This document shows positions 10,651-40,340 of a stretch of 64,000 nt of DNA, piece after piece. The notes below the pieces were generated by a model. The model searched no databases, had not been told where the DNA came from, and saw only the letters and a program-made list of their open reading frames with translations. The translations under genes and the position numbers were made by a program. The stretch is taken from positions 1,240,001 to 1,304,000 of the forward strand of contig CM035357.1 of the NCBI GenBank assembly GCA_020137815.1. Reading direction: 5' to 3'. The stretch's first letter is position 1. Each line of letters begins with the position of its first letter. This stretch comes from Hormiphora californensis. Its lineage: Eukaryota > Animalia > Ctenophora.

Positions 10651-10824
10651 TTGTCATGTGGTCGAATATGAAGTGTGTTCCTACTCAGTGCACGAGATTT
10701 CGCCACTCCCCAACACTGACTGCTGCTATGCCTGAACATCTTCGACTCCACATTGAGGCTCATCTGTTCCGGAAGTTAAGATCTTCTGATCTCCCTCTAC
10801 ATTTAAACAGTGTTTTACACTAAT

Positions 10825-11029
10825 AAGTTGAGTGTACTCGACAACCCGTTAAAATCCTTTTGGATTTATTTTTATAACCCCAACCAAGTTGAGTGTACTC
10901 GACAACCCATCAAATCCTCTTGGATTTCGATTTTATTTTAACAACTAAGTTGAGTGTACTCGACAACCCGTTAAAATCCTTTTGGATTTATTTTTATAAT
11001 CCCCAACCAAGTTGAGAGTTCTCGACAAC
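10825..11029 (+). repeat. 61-bp tandem array (3.3 units) of double hairpins in the Gypsy 3' non-coding region
   Basis: Units start at 10825, 10886, 10947, 11009; GTTGAG-N4-CTCGAC in all four and AAATCC-N4-GGATTT in the three complete units. Confidence 0.9.
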
Positions 11030-11870
11030 AGCAACCATACAACTGACCTCTATCTGTTGATATGTTTTGATGATCCAGAAACAAACTGAAACCTGATGAC
11101 AAGGGTAAATGTGCTACCTAACGATACATGGCAGCTACCAATCTGCGATACCGGTGAACAGTTCATGTGAAGTGTGAACATGCGATATTTTGCTTCCTTG
11201 AGACATGATAAGGAGGTGAAGAGAAGCCGTGATCTATTGGTTGAGATCAATGGTTTTGTCAGGAACCGGCTGTTGCTGAAGTTTGATTACCCCCTGAGAA
11301 ACTCGCTTGAGAAGAGTGAAACAGACCGGTGTCCGATCCAGATCTCATCATCAATTTTCCATCAACCTGTGCGCCATCCTTTGACATCGTGTTCCTGGGG
11401 TGGACGGTATCGGCCAACATGGTGCAACGTGAACAGCAATGCCCCCTTTTTAATTGGAACTTCAGAGACCTTTCTTCCTTACCTTCATCGTGAAATCATT
11501 GTTTAAAGCGAGAATTTCTCTGAGAAAGAGAAACAGAAAAAGAAACAAATTGTAATATTTTATACAGTGTATTACTGACCATGAACATGTTTGTATTCAC
11601 AAAATGTGAAGCCTTTAATGATCTTAATTTATTACCCGGGTATGCTATGGTCCGATTTTATTATTCTACACAGTATTTTTAATGAATTATTTTTACCGTT
11701 AACGTAACTCCCTGTAGAGTGTATCTTGTAAGTCATGTGTACTCTTTCTCGATATTCGTTTATTTTCATCGTCCCGTGCTCATGGTACAGTTCTGGGCTA
11801 TTCTGTCGAGGACACCGTGTCACCGGCTCAAAGGAGTCGGTGGCAACGGCGCTTTTTGTCCTTGATGGAA

Positions 11871-12356
11871 TGGTGCAGAACTGGGCCAGCCCTGTGTGTT
11901 TGTGTGTGCGTGTGTGTGAGAATGTGTGTTTGTGTGTGCGTGTGTGTGAGAATGTGTGTTTGTGTCTGTGTCCTATCGCGAAGGTGCTTGTTTTGACGCT
12001 GAGTTCTATTAAAAGTACAGCATCTTCGCGCGCGCGTGTGTGTCGCTTTGGTGACACGCGCGCGCGTTTTCTGAGATCTGAGAGAGAAGAGCGAGGTGTG
12101 TTTTGAGAGTGAGTTTTTCTTTTGGTCGGAGCGAAGCAACTTTCAAAAGCGTGTGTTCTCTTAGTCAACTGAACTGTAACAATCCTTTACCGTTACTTTT
12201 ACATTCACAAAAATAAAAGACAACGTGTTTACTTTCGCCTTTACGCTCCAGCTGACGGGTACGCCCCATACGTGTCACGAAACCACCCCAAGAACGTCCC
12301 TTTCCAAACGCCCCCTTTACAGAGCAACCCCTTTCGGCCGTCCTTACTTTACACCA
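11871..12356 (+). repeat. 3' LTR
   Basis: Copy of 3612-4097; AATAAA 12212-12217. Confidence 0.97.
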
Positions 12357-12659
12357 CTTGTATACATTCAAAGGTTTGTGGCTTTGTATCTAGTTTCACA
12401 GTACGGATGTTTATGCTTTTCTTCGCAAGAATAGCAACCCCTCCCCCTCGTTTTCCTCTTGCAGAACTATAGAGGTTGAACCCAAGCTCTTTCATCACTC
12501 CAGGAGTAACGATGTCGCCATCTTCCAGCCAGGTCTCTGTTAAGGCAAGCACATCCAGACCAAGGTCGTGGAACGTTTCAAAGATGTCAATGAGCTTGTT
12601 ATTCATCGATCGGCAGTTTAGATTTCCGTATTTGAGTGCAGGGAGCTGCGAAGACGGTA
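12357..12659 (-). CDS. LINE ORF2, 5' part (N-terminal APE endonuclease), separated by the Gypsy insertion
   Basis: GNLNCRSMNNK...LALTETWL...RGGGVAIL...FECIQ. Joins in frame to ATVEGGNLQRTRLVVVYRPP when 3612-12360 is removed. Confidence 0.9.
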
Positions 12660-13994
12660 GTTTTTTGAGAGCTTATCGTACTGTTCTTTATAGGTGGGGC
12701 ATTTTGATGAACCAGCATGATGGACTGGGATATCTGGGTTGGAACGACTGGAATGTAGACAGTTTTTACACTGATGCTTCTCCGTGTCTTCTTTTACCGG
12801 GCAATCATTTGTTGGATGTTTTTCAGCACAGTACATGCAGGTAGCAGGATGCAATCGTTTTGGGCATTGGTCGGGATAGTGCCCAAGAGCTTGACAATGG
12901 GGGCACCTTTTAATGTGCACACGATGGTAGACTTTCACAGATGACATATGAAAGAAAACCCTTCCTTCGCTGAGAAGTTTGTCTTTCAGTTCAACAGGGA
13001 GTTTGAGTGCCACCGTTGCAAGATTCGGATCCGACTGCATTCGTTTAAAATAAACAATTGAGAGGTCAGAACAACTTTTCAGGAGATCATTTTTTGCCCT
13101 AAGTTTGTCGAGACAGAACTTTCGAGAGTCTTCGGGCGATGCATCTGTGGGTAGAAGGTCAACTGGAACAAAACGGAGTGTCACCTTTGACATGACAAGA
13201 TCAGATATTCTGGTAGTATTTTGGAGAACACCCGCCTCTTTCAGTTTGAGTGTGGCAAGTTCTTGGGACTTTTCATTTGGGAACCAGAGTTTGATAGAAG
13301 ATGAGAAGTTTCTCACATTTGCAATAGGGATATCTGTTAGGGCCATGTCAATGCTTTTTCTGGTTTCAGGGACGTCATCACAGTGTACAGTGAGGCGTGT
13401 TCTGGCTGAAGGGATGATTCTCGGGTTGATCGTACCTGCATGGTTAGGAGCATTAGTTTGGACGTTTTTGGACGTTTGTGATGCATATGAGTCGGTGATC
13501 GAGGTGGTGGATGTAGAAGGAGATGAAGACGGACTAGTGACATCAGTAGATTGTGCAGAATTGATCATGGATGTATTGAAAGTGCAATCAGCTTGGGGTG
13601 GATCTGATGATTTACCACTAGTGTTTGCTATTAGCCTGGCTGCTTTAGTGGCTATAGCGTCAAAGATGGGACTCCCAGGTTGGAGTAGCCTAGCCGTAAC
13701 GATACATTCTGGGCAAACCCAGCCCTCTAGAGAGAACAAACCATCGTCGGATGGCGTAAGAAGATCACCTAGTGACTTCAGACCTACGCATTCGTCATGG
13801 AAACATGATTTACACGTACTGCACTTCAGCATGGCCCTGTTTGTCATATTCCCATTACACAAACATTGGTTGGCAGAGGTGAAGTGACTTGGCGTTTGCA
13901 CTGGTATCGCCTGATGGGGACCTCTAGGTGGGGTTGCGAAGGGTGAAAACTTCATCCCGCTTCTTGTAGAAGAGGGTGGAAGTTCAGAATTCAT
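12618..13994 (-). CDS. LINE ORF1: N-terminal PHD finger, C-terminal triple zinc knuckle
   Basis: CLC...CSTCKSCFHDECVGL...WVCPEC (PHD); CPHCQALGHYPDQC, CMYCAEKHPTNDC, CKNC...HHAGSSKC. First in-frame ATG at 13994 (the track starts at an upstream GTG, 14033). Confidence 0.9.
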   Translation of the reverse strand: MNSELPPSSTRSGMKFSPFATPPRGPHQAIPVQTPSHFTSANQCLCNGNMTNRAMLKCSTCKSCFHDECVGLKSLGDLLTPSDDGLFSLEGWVCPECIVTARLLQPGSPIFDAIATKAARLIANTSGKSSDPPQADCTFNTSMINSAQSTDVTSPSSSPSTSTTSITDSYASQTSKNVQTNAPNHAGTINPRIIPSARTRLTVHCDDVPETRKSIDMALTDIPIANVRNFSSSIKLWFPNEKSQELATLKLKEAGVLQNTTRISDLVMSKVTLRFVPVDLLPTDASPEDSRKFCLDKLRAKNDLLKSCSDLSIVYFKRMQSDPNLATVALKLPVELKDKLLSEGRVFFHMSSVKVYHRVHIKRCPHCQALGHYPDQCPKRLHPATCMYCAEKHPTNDCPVKEDTEKHQCKNCLHSSRSNPDIPVHHAGSSKCPTYKEQYDKLSKNYRLRSSLHSNTEI

Positions 13995-15251
13995 CAGTGG
14001 ATTGTGACTGTGATGGGGATTGTGTTTACTCACAGTCTCGGGTTCCTCTCGTCCACTTAGTGTAGGTACATACGACTCAAATTAATTTGTTTAAAGTAGT
14101 GTTGTAAAGTTTGAAACACCTTCCGTTCGGCCGCAGGGACGGTGGGTGTCTTGCAGCCCCTGCAGGAGTTTCGCCCCTTCACGCCCGCCTGACCTTGTCC
14201 CTGGACCCCCTATGTGGGTGGTTTCACCCCACAACCCCTGACCAGAGCTGCCGCCCTTGGCACCGGACACCCAGGGACTTCCTGAGCCGAAGGCTGAGGC
14301 AGGGATCAAGTTTTTTTGGCCCTTTTCGTCTTTCTGATCTCAAATCGAACCGTTAGCAAGAACGTGGGTGTCCAACAGCTGCTTTTATCAGTGACTTTTT
14401 AGTTTTTTTTCGAGGAGCAAAAAAAAATTAACACTGAACTCAAAATTTTAAATTTTGAAAATTTCCTCAATTTCAAATTTCGCGCGCGCCGAAGTAATAT
14501 TCATATTGCGCGCCTTAAGTTGCAGCGTAACTTTGTTTATTTCGCCGCGAGACCGAGACTGGAAGCAAGCTCGAAGAAGATTATTATAAGTCATACCGGA
14601 AAATGTCAATTTCTCCCAGTATTAATAAACAAATTTTAAACACAAATTTATTGAATTTGAAAACATTTGTATACGATAAATTAATGTTTCTTTCTCTCAA
14701 AACCTATTAATAGCCAATTGAAAAATGAATCAGATTGGCAACGTCATCATATTCATTGCATCACGAATCTTGTACAACAAGAGACATGGAATATAGATAG
14801 TGGAACGAGAGGATATGGTTCTCTTAGTTCTCTTCAAGATCATATGTTTCACTTTCTATCCAAATGGCTCAAAAATTTACAAAGATTGGATATTATTATT
14901 AGTTTCAAACCCCAGCACAACAATATTCAGCACAACAACAAACACACACATTTTCAAACCCTTAGTTTACCAAACACTCCATTATTATTTCTCTAGAATG
15001 ATAATACATTACCACACACTAATCATGCAATTGCAATTGTACAACTGACACCTTGAACTGTCTTCATACTGTCTCTACAATCCCCAGGGGACGCCCCGTC
15101 AGACAGTATGGAGACGAACTGACACCCTCCAAAATACAAAATATGTGAACTCATTTTCTCTGTCCTATCGTTTCACTCTATCTCTCTCTCTCTCAGCATG
15201 TCAGGTCAATGCTCTGACAGCTCTCAGCTGACTCTGAGTGCCCTAATATTC

Positions 15252-35224
<19,973 letters not shown>

Positions 35225-35441
35225 TCTACTGCAGATCACTACTCCCTCTCTCTAGAGGTACAGAGAGAACTCTCTGTTTGGTGTGTTTCAGCTGTGTTTT
35301 GTGCACCGGGGCTACAACATCACATCACTACTATTGTGTGGATGGAGTTAGATTGATTGACACGGAATAAACAGTACTAAAGTTGTAAACGAGTGAAAAC
35401 CAAATAAATTAAGATCAATAAATTATGTCAATAACCCCTTC

Positions 35442-36622
35442 TCACGGCAGTGTCACATTAACAGACGCCAGCGCATCAACAGCCCACTCAGGGTAATTCT
35501 TCTTGGGGAACATCCTAACAAAATACTCCTTTATAAAATTTGGAAACCTATCCTCCCTCACAGCTTCCCTGATATCGCTCATCAATCGTAACTGGAAGGC
35601 AATGTTATGAATAGTCAGTAGGATCACCCCAGTAGTGTCCTCCTGTAGTAAACAGTGCAGATAGGCTCGTGTGTACTCTTTACACGTCATGCACGTGCAA
35701 TCTTTATCAATCGGTTGGGTATCAGTGACATATTGGGTGTTCTTTAACTGGAGTTGACCAGTTCTGAACCAGAGCTGAACCAAACCGGGCGGTTCGAGTC
35801 GGGAACACACAAGTCATACATGTCACATCCAAGGGCAGAGCATACCACCAGCTCTACTTGATACCCCACACCCATTAGATATCTGGGTTTGTTGGGAGGA
35901 AGATGGTCCGTACACAGGCTAACAGTCTTCCAAAAATCAGCCTTTTCTTCCCCTCCACTCAGCCCACCAATAGCATATCCCGGACAATCTCTCTCTATCA
36001 TCTTCTCCAAACATTCTTTCCTCCAAGTTGGGTTTAACCCTCCCTGGATAATACCAAACAGGTTCTGATCGTGTTCCCGTTTGTGAGCCGTTTGGCATCT
36101 ATCCAACCATCTGATGCTCCGGTCCATGGCATCCTTCATCCTCTCCCCCTCGGTTAACACAGACACTACGTCATCAAGTTGCATCATTACGTCAGAGCCC
36201 AGCGCGTTTTGAATGGCCATGCTGTGTTCCGGGGTTAGCAACATCTCACTCCCATTGTGGGGAGATTGGAACTTCACGCCCTGTTCAGTGAATTCTGCTA
36301 GTTTTAGAAGAGACACCATTTGGAACCCACCGCTATCAGTTAAAATTGCCTTGTCCCAGTTCATGAAGTGATGCAACCCACCCGCTTCTCCCATTATGTC
36401 AGGACCTGGTCGGTGTCCTAGGTGGTAGGTGTTACCCAGTATTATCGGGACACCCAAATCGTTTAGTTGCTGGGTTGTGACACCCTTGATGGTCCCCTGG
36501 GTCCCCACATGCATGAAGATGGGGGTTTGGAAGGTGTTGTGAGGCAGGGAGATGGTGGATAAACGAGCCTTTGTGGTTGAACATCTTGCTTCAACTTGAA
36601 AGGAGAGAGGAGGAGGGGCCAT
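35442..36622 (-). CDS. QTRT1: Queuine tRNA-ribosyltransferase catalytic subunit; intronless CDS with two +1 frameshifts (probably sequence errors)
   Basis: [74 protein letters not shown]...HN zinc site. Extra bases near 35811 and 35767. Confidence 0.95.
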
Positions 36623-36971
36623 TCTGCTAGAAAATATAATCTGTTAGATTAGAAATATAGCGTAATCTCTTGGAATGTTTCATTTTTATGCTCGTGTTCA
36701 TTTTGACATGATTGCGCGCAGGAATAGAAAAGTAATTTCACTGTTTATAAACAGTCAAATAAATTTTATATTCCTGTGTGCCTTGGCAGTCAACCACCCA
36801 ACTCATGTGTTGCTATATCATACGACATACAGCTCAGTAGTGCAGTATTTTATTCGCCGTCCCATGACTGATCTCATCCACTGTCACTGCATTGACTGAC
36901 ACTGCATTGACTGTATTCACTTCTTTAAACTGCGTACTGCCTCTCGTGTTAATACTTGATCGTTCTCAAAC

Positions 36972-38516
36972 ATGAAAATCCCTCAAGACTTTGGCGAGGA
37001 ACTCCTATCAGAAGATGCCTTCAACGACCTAAAACTACTAACAAAAGACGGGGAGATTGGTGCAAATACAATCATCATCTCTGCCAACAGTCCAGTGATT
37101 AGGAAACTAGTGACGGAGGAGAAAAGGAACCTAATCATTGAAACTGAGGAATTCTCCAAAGTCTCTGTGACGTGCTTCCTCAGAGCGTGCTACAGTGGCT
37201 CCGTTACCATGCTGGATATGGGGGTGTTCCGGGAAGTCAACAAAATGGCCCATTTATTCCAAGTTAGATGGATCCAGATAGGATGTCAGAGATTCTTTGC
37301 ACGACAATGTGAGAAGTTAACTGAAACAGACACGGACACAGCTACCCAGTTATTCGAGGAAGCTGCTTTTAGTATCACCAAATCTAATGACCGCAACCCA
37401 GCCAAGTTTCTTTATAAATCCCTCTACAACCTGGACACAATTCGCCATGTCATGATATCAGGGCAACTATCTCGGTTTGAAACTGCCTCCCCTGCCCATC
37501 TTGAGATTGCCGGAATGCTGACTGGTCAGGAAAGCCATGTTGCAATTCGAGCTGTGTGCGATCGGCTGAAAGGAAGGTCTGGTGGACACGACAAGAGTTT
37601 GTCTGAGAAGATAAGAGCGGTGATCACCCCCATAGCGATGAAGAGATGCTTTGACCAGGATATAGAGCAGTATTACGCTGCTTTTGAAGTTCTTCAGAGG
37701 ATCGGAGAGGTGAACCATGCACTTTGGATTTCACTGGAGGTACCCAAGCTAAGTCAAATATCGGGCACTAAAAATACTGACAACAATCTTGTTAAACCTG
37801 TCAATGAGCCATACCATGCGTTCCGATACGATTTTGAGCCGTATCAAGACTGTAAAACTCTGCAAGAAGTGGTGGCAAAGTTGAATGAAGATGTTTTAGT
37901 TTGCTCCCTGGCCATTGCTCGCGAGTGCATTGATTTGTGGCTGGCGGTAAAAGAGAAAGATACAACGGTGGGCGAGATCAAGGAGGCTCTGAAGGGACTG
38001 CAGCTCATAGGTGAGGAGAATGGAGATGGTGTCTTTCGGATAGAAAGTAAATACATTCCTTTTAACGGTACATCAGGAGGGATTGAGTCAGGGGCGATGG
38101 CTAATTCTGTGCAGACAGAAGCACTTTATTATTACCGTGGTGGCAACATATTAGAAAAGGGGTTCTTACAGAGTATTTCAATTTTGAATATTCAGTTGCC
38201 TGTGAATGGGAGGTTGTTCAGCTTCAACTTCCGGGATCGTACATACGATCAGAGTTGCCCTGAAATCTCTACTTTAGCATTTTGGGTAATATTAGCCCAA
38301 CAGGACGGCAGACAACACAGTAGCCACCATATTCCTCTCAGTTGGTGCGGACGGCCAAAGTTTAATGGTTCTGGAAATGTTGAGAGCTGGCCGCTCATGG
38401 AAACTGTCCTAAAGTTCCTAACGAAGAAACAGAACTTTCAAAATTATCCTGTTCCTGTGGTATTGCTGGATGGTAGAGTCCTAGGATCATTAGTTAGGAT
38501 AATTTCCGATCGATAA
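36972..38516 (+). CDS. Single-exon protein with an N-terminal BTB/POZ-like domain, 514 aa; C-terminus unrecognised
   Basis: FNDLKLLTKDGEIGANTIIISANSPVIRKL...FLRACYSG...MAHLFQVRWIQIGCQRF follows the BTB pattern; long clean ORF with AAACATG context. Confidence 0.75.
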   Translation: MKIPQDFGEELLSEDAFNDLKLLTKDGEIGANTIIISANSPVIRKLVTEEKRNLIIETEEFSKVSVTCFLRACYSGSVTMLDMGVFREVNKMAHLFQVRWIQIGCQRFFARQCEKLTETDTDTATQLFEEAAFSITKSNDRNPAKFLYKSLYNLDTIRHVMISGQLSRFETASPAHLEIAGMLTGQESHVAIRAVCDRLKGRSGGHDKSLSEKIRAVITPIAMKRCFDQDIEQYYAAFEVLQRIGEVNHALWISLEVPKLSQISGTKNTDNNLVKPVNEPYHAFRYDFEPYQDCKTLQEVVAKLNEDVLVCSLAIARECIDLWLAVKEKDTTVGEIKEALKGLQLIGEENGDGVFRIESKYIPFNGTSGGIESGAMANSVQTEALYYYRGGNILEKGFLQSISILNIQLPVNGRLFSFNFRDRTYDQSCPEISTLAFWVILAQQDGRQHSSHHIPLSWCGRPKFNGSGNVESWPLMETVLKFLTKKQNFQNYPVPVVLLDGRVLGSLVRIISDR

Positions 38517-38966
38517 CTCTTCCGAGAAGTCAAGACTCAAGTGTCGATTTGTTCGTTTTTTTGTCAGAATTTGATTGTTTAATTTTGTATTGGGCCCGGT
38601 TTTTGCTCGACACTGTGTTTAAGGTCTAAGGTTTAGGGTTTACACTATGCGAATTTCAACACATTCGGACGAAAATAATTTCATCAGGGACCTCACTCCC
38701 AAGTGGCCTCCGAAGTCCGAGGCCGGATTTATATTTTTGGAAAAGATTGGCAAATGCTACTGACCCTCTTGGAATAAGACAGCGCTTGTTTTTTTAAAAA
38801 AATCACTTGGTGCCTAAGGTATGATTAGTCGCAGAGCAACTTGGAAGTTGGAACACTGACGTGGGGTGGATATGAATAATTTTCGGCATAGGTCCCAAGG
38901 GGCTTGGTTAATGGTTTTTGTGCAAAACAATAAATTAAACTCTCTTCTAATCCTGCTGGGATGTAT

Positions 38967-39116
38967 AGTCCATTTTTTTTCAACTGTTCACCCCCCAAAG
39001 TCGTGCGCGGAATTATTTTGCGCGTTTATCACATGTTAACGTGTAGTGCGCGCCACCCAAATTCTAATTTTTATCAAATTTCAGTTTTTGGGTGAACAGT
39101 TGAAAAAAAATGGACT
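38967..39116. mobile_element. MITE family A, copy 1 (150 bp)
   Basis: TIR AGTCCATTTTTTTTCAACTGTTCACCC / GGGTGAACAGTTGAAAAAAAATGGACT. Confidence 0.75.
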
Positions 39117-39229
39117 TTATGTATTTGGTACGGAAACCTCTGAATGTACTCAGGGTGGTTAAAAGGCACAAAAACGTTCAAAATTTTGAACTTTTCCAAA
39201 GAAAGTTCAACGTAAAAAAACCCTTTAAG

Positions 39230-39635
39230 GTCGGATTTTTTGAAACTGTCACCCCCCTTTTCGTGCGCGGAATTTTTTTTGCGCGTCACATCACATGTTA
39301 ACGTGTCGTGTGCGCATCAAAATTGATAAATTTCACATGCGCGGTCATTTTGGGGCGCCGTTACGATCTGGGTGTTTGGTGGCCTGTTTACAGGTGCGCG
39401 CTGCCAAAAAAGTTGATTCACTAAAACGGCTCTAACCGCCGAACCACTCAACCGTTTTGGCTAATTCAAAGTTTATCTGGTAGGGAATGTCAAGGCCTAA
39501 CCCCAACCCAAACCCCAACCCTAACCCTAACCCTACTTTAGCCCTAACCCTAAAAAACCGTTTGTCAGCACTCACGAAACACCCAGATTTTAACGCTGGC
39601 CGTCATTTTGGGGTGACAGTTTCAAAAAATCCGAC
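39230..39635. mobile_element. MITE family A, copy 2, interrupted by a family B element
   Basis: TIR GTCGGATTTTTTGAAACTGTCACCCC / GGGGTGACAGTTTCAAAAAATCCGAC; shares internal TCGTGCGCGGAATT...CACATGTTAACGTGT with copy 1. Confidence 0.75.
39353..39603 (+). mobile_element. MITE-like family B with internal (CCCTAA)n telomere-like repeats, copy 1
   Basis: Subterminal inverted ATCTGGGTGTTT / AAACACCCAGAT; flanked by direct repeat GTCATTTTG(GGG). Confidence 0.75.
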
Positions 39636-39765
39636 TTTATTTACCCTTTACTTAAAAATACCGCTGCGCGCCGCGCATGTAGCGCGGCGTGAGATTGCAT
39701 CGATAATTGTGTTTTTTAGCTCTTTCCAGTTAAAAACGCCGCGCTTACGGAACCTGTATCATAAA

Positions 39766-40328
39766 ACGGCCAGCCTTAAAATCTGGGTGTTTGGTGAGTG
39801 CTGACAAACGGTTTTTAGGGTTAGGGCTAAAGTAGGGTTAGGGTCAGAGCTGGGGTTTGGGTTGGGGTTAGGCCTTGACGAGCGCGATTATAATCTGGGT
39901 CAACCTTTACCGCTTACCGCCTTGCAGCCTGTTTACAGATTTTAACGTTTGCCGGCCTTGACAGTTGACATTTCCTACCAGATAAACTTTGAATTAGCCA
40001 AAACGGTTGAGTGGTTTGGACTTTGGCGGTTAGAGCCATAGTGAATCAACTTTTTTGGCAGCTCGCACCTATAAACAGGCCAACAAACACCCAGATCGTA
40101 ACACAGCAGATGACCTGGATCAGTTCAAGATTCTGCTGGGACGATGGCTCGACCAGTTCCCGGACTGTCCGCCCGTGACTGGGTATCCTACTCAGAACAC
40201 TAATTCAATCCTGGATTGGGTGCTGGAAGTGAGAGCCGAGAGGGGGATGTGTTAAAGGACACTGACACCTTGTGTTTTTCATTGAAGTTATTTATGAAGT
40301 TTGTGAAGTTTATGAAGTAACGGCGCCC
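39766..40328 (-). mobile_element. Family B copy 2 (inverted), terminus split by a LINE 3' fragment
   Basis: Reverse complement of copy 1; terminal GTAACGGCGCCC resumes at 40317. Confidence 0.75.
40103..40316 (+). mobile_element. 5'-truncated LINE 3' end (CR1 group)
   Basis: DDLDQFKILLGRWLDQFPDCPPVTGYPTQNTNSILDW, tandem TGAAGTT tail, TSD GTAAC (40098-40102, 40317-40321). Confidence 0.75.
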
Positions 40329-40340
40329 TTGTTCGACCAT

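Larger units (their letters stand above)
3612..12356 (+). mobile_element. Intact, recently inserted Ty3/Gypsy LTR retrotransposon (8745 bp)
   Basis: Two 486-bp LTRs with TGGTG...CACCA ends; 4-bp TSD CTTG (3608-3611, 12357-12360); gag and pol in PR-RT-RH-INT order. Confidence 0.97.
648..14564 (-). mobile_element. Apparently full-length L2-clade (CR1 group) non-LTR retrotransposon, about 5.2 kb once the nested Gypsy element is removed
   Basis: ORF1 with PHD + CCHC knuckles, APE-RT ORF2, interrupted poly(A) tail (T runs on + strand ~648-805). Candidate TSD GCAAGCTC at 640-647 and 14565-14572. Minus-strand 5' end begins TTCCAGTC (initiator-like). Confidence 0.85.

Noticed and set aside
10825-11029. 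CRISPR array (palindromic 23-bp repeat at regular spacing)
   Set aside because: Spacers 1 and 3 are nearly identical and all share a hairpin; there are no cas genes; it lies inside a eukaryotic LTR element.
11093-11130. Hammerhead ribozyme (CTGATGA core)
   Set aside because: No stem II followed by GAAA; the core cannot be completed.
11030-11870. env or third ORF of the Gypsy element
   Set aside because: Only short ORFs (the 110-aa plus-strand one is the longest lying wholly here), with no signal peptide, furin site or TM anchor.
13105-13887. 260-aa plus-strand ORF
   Set aside because: Antisense shadow of LINE ORF1 with no independent motifs.
35760-35815. Programmed frameshifting in QTRT1
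   Set aside because: Two +1 base duplications with no slippery heptamer; same signature as the DNAH6 error cluster.
39496-39552. True telomere or chromosome fusion site
   Set aside because: Tracts are short, degenerate and embedded at the same position in three copies of a dispersed element.
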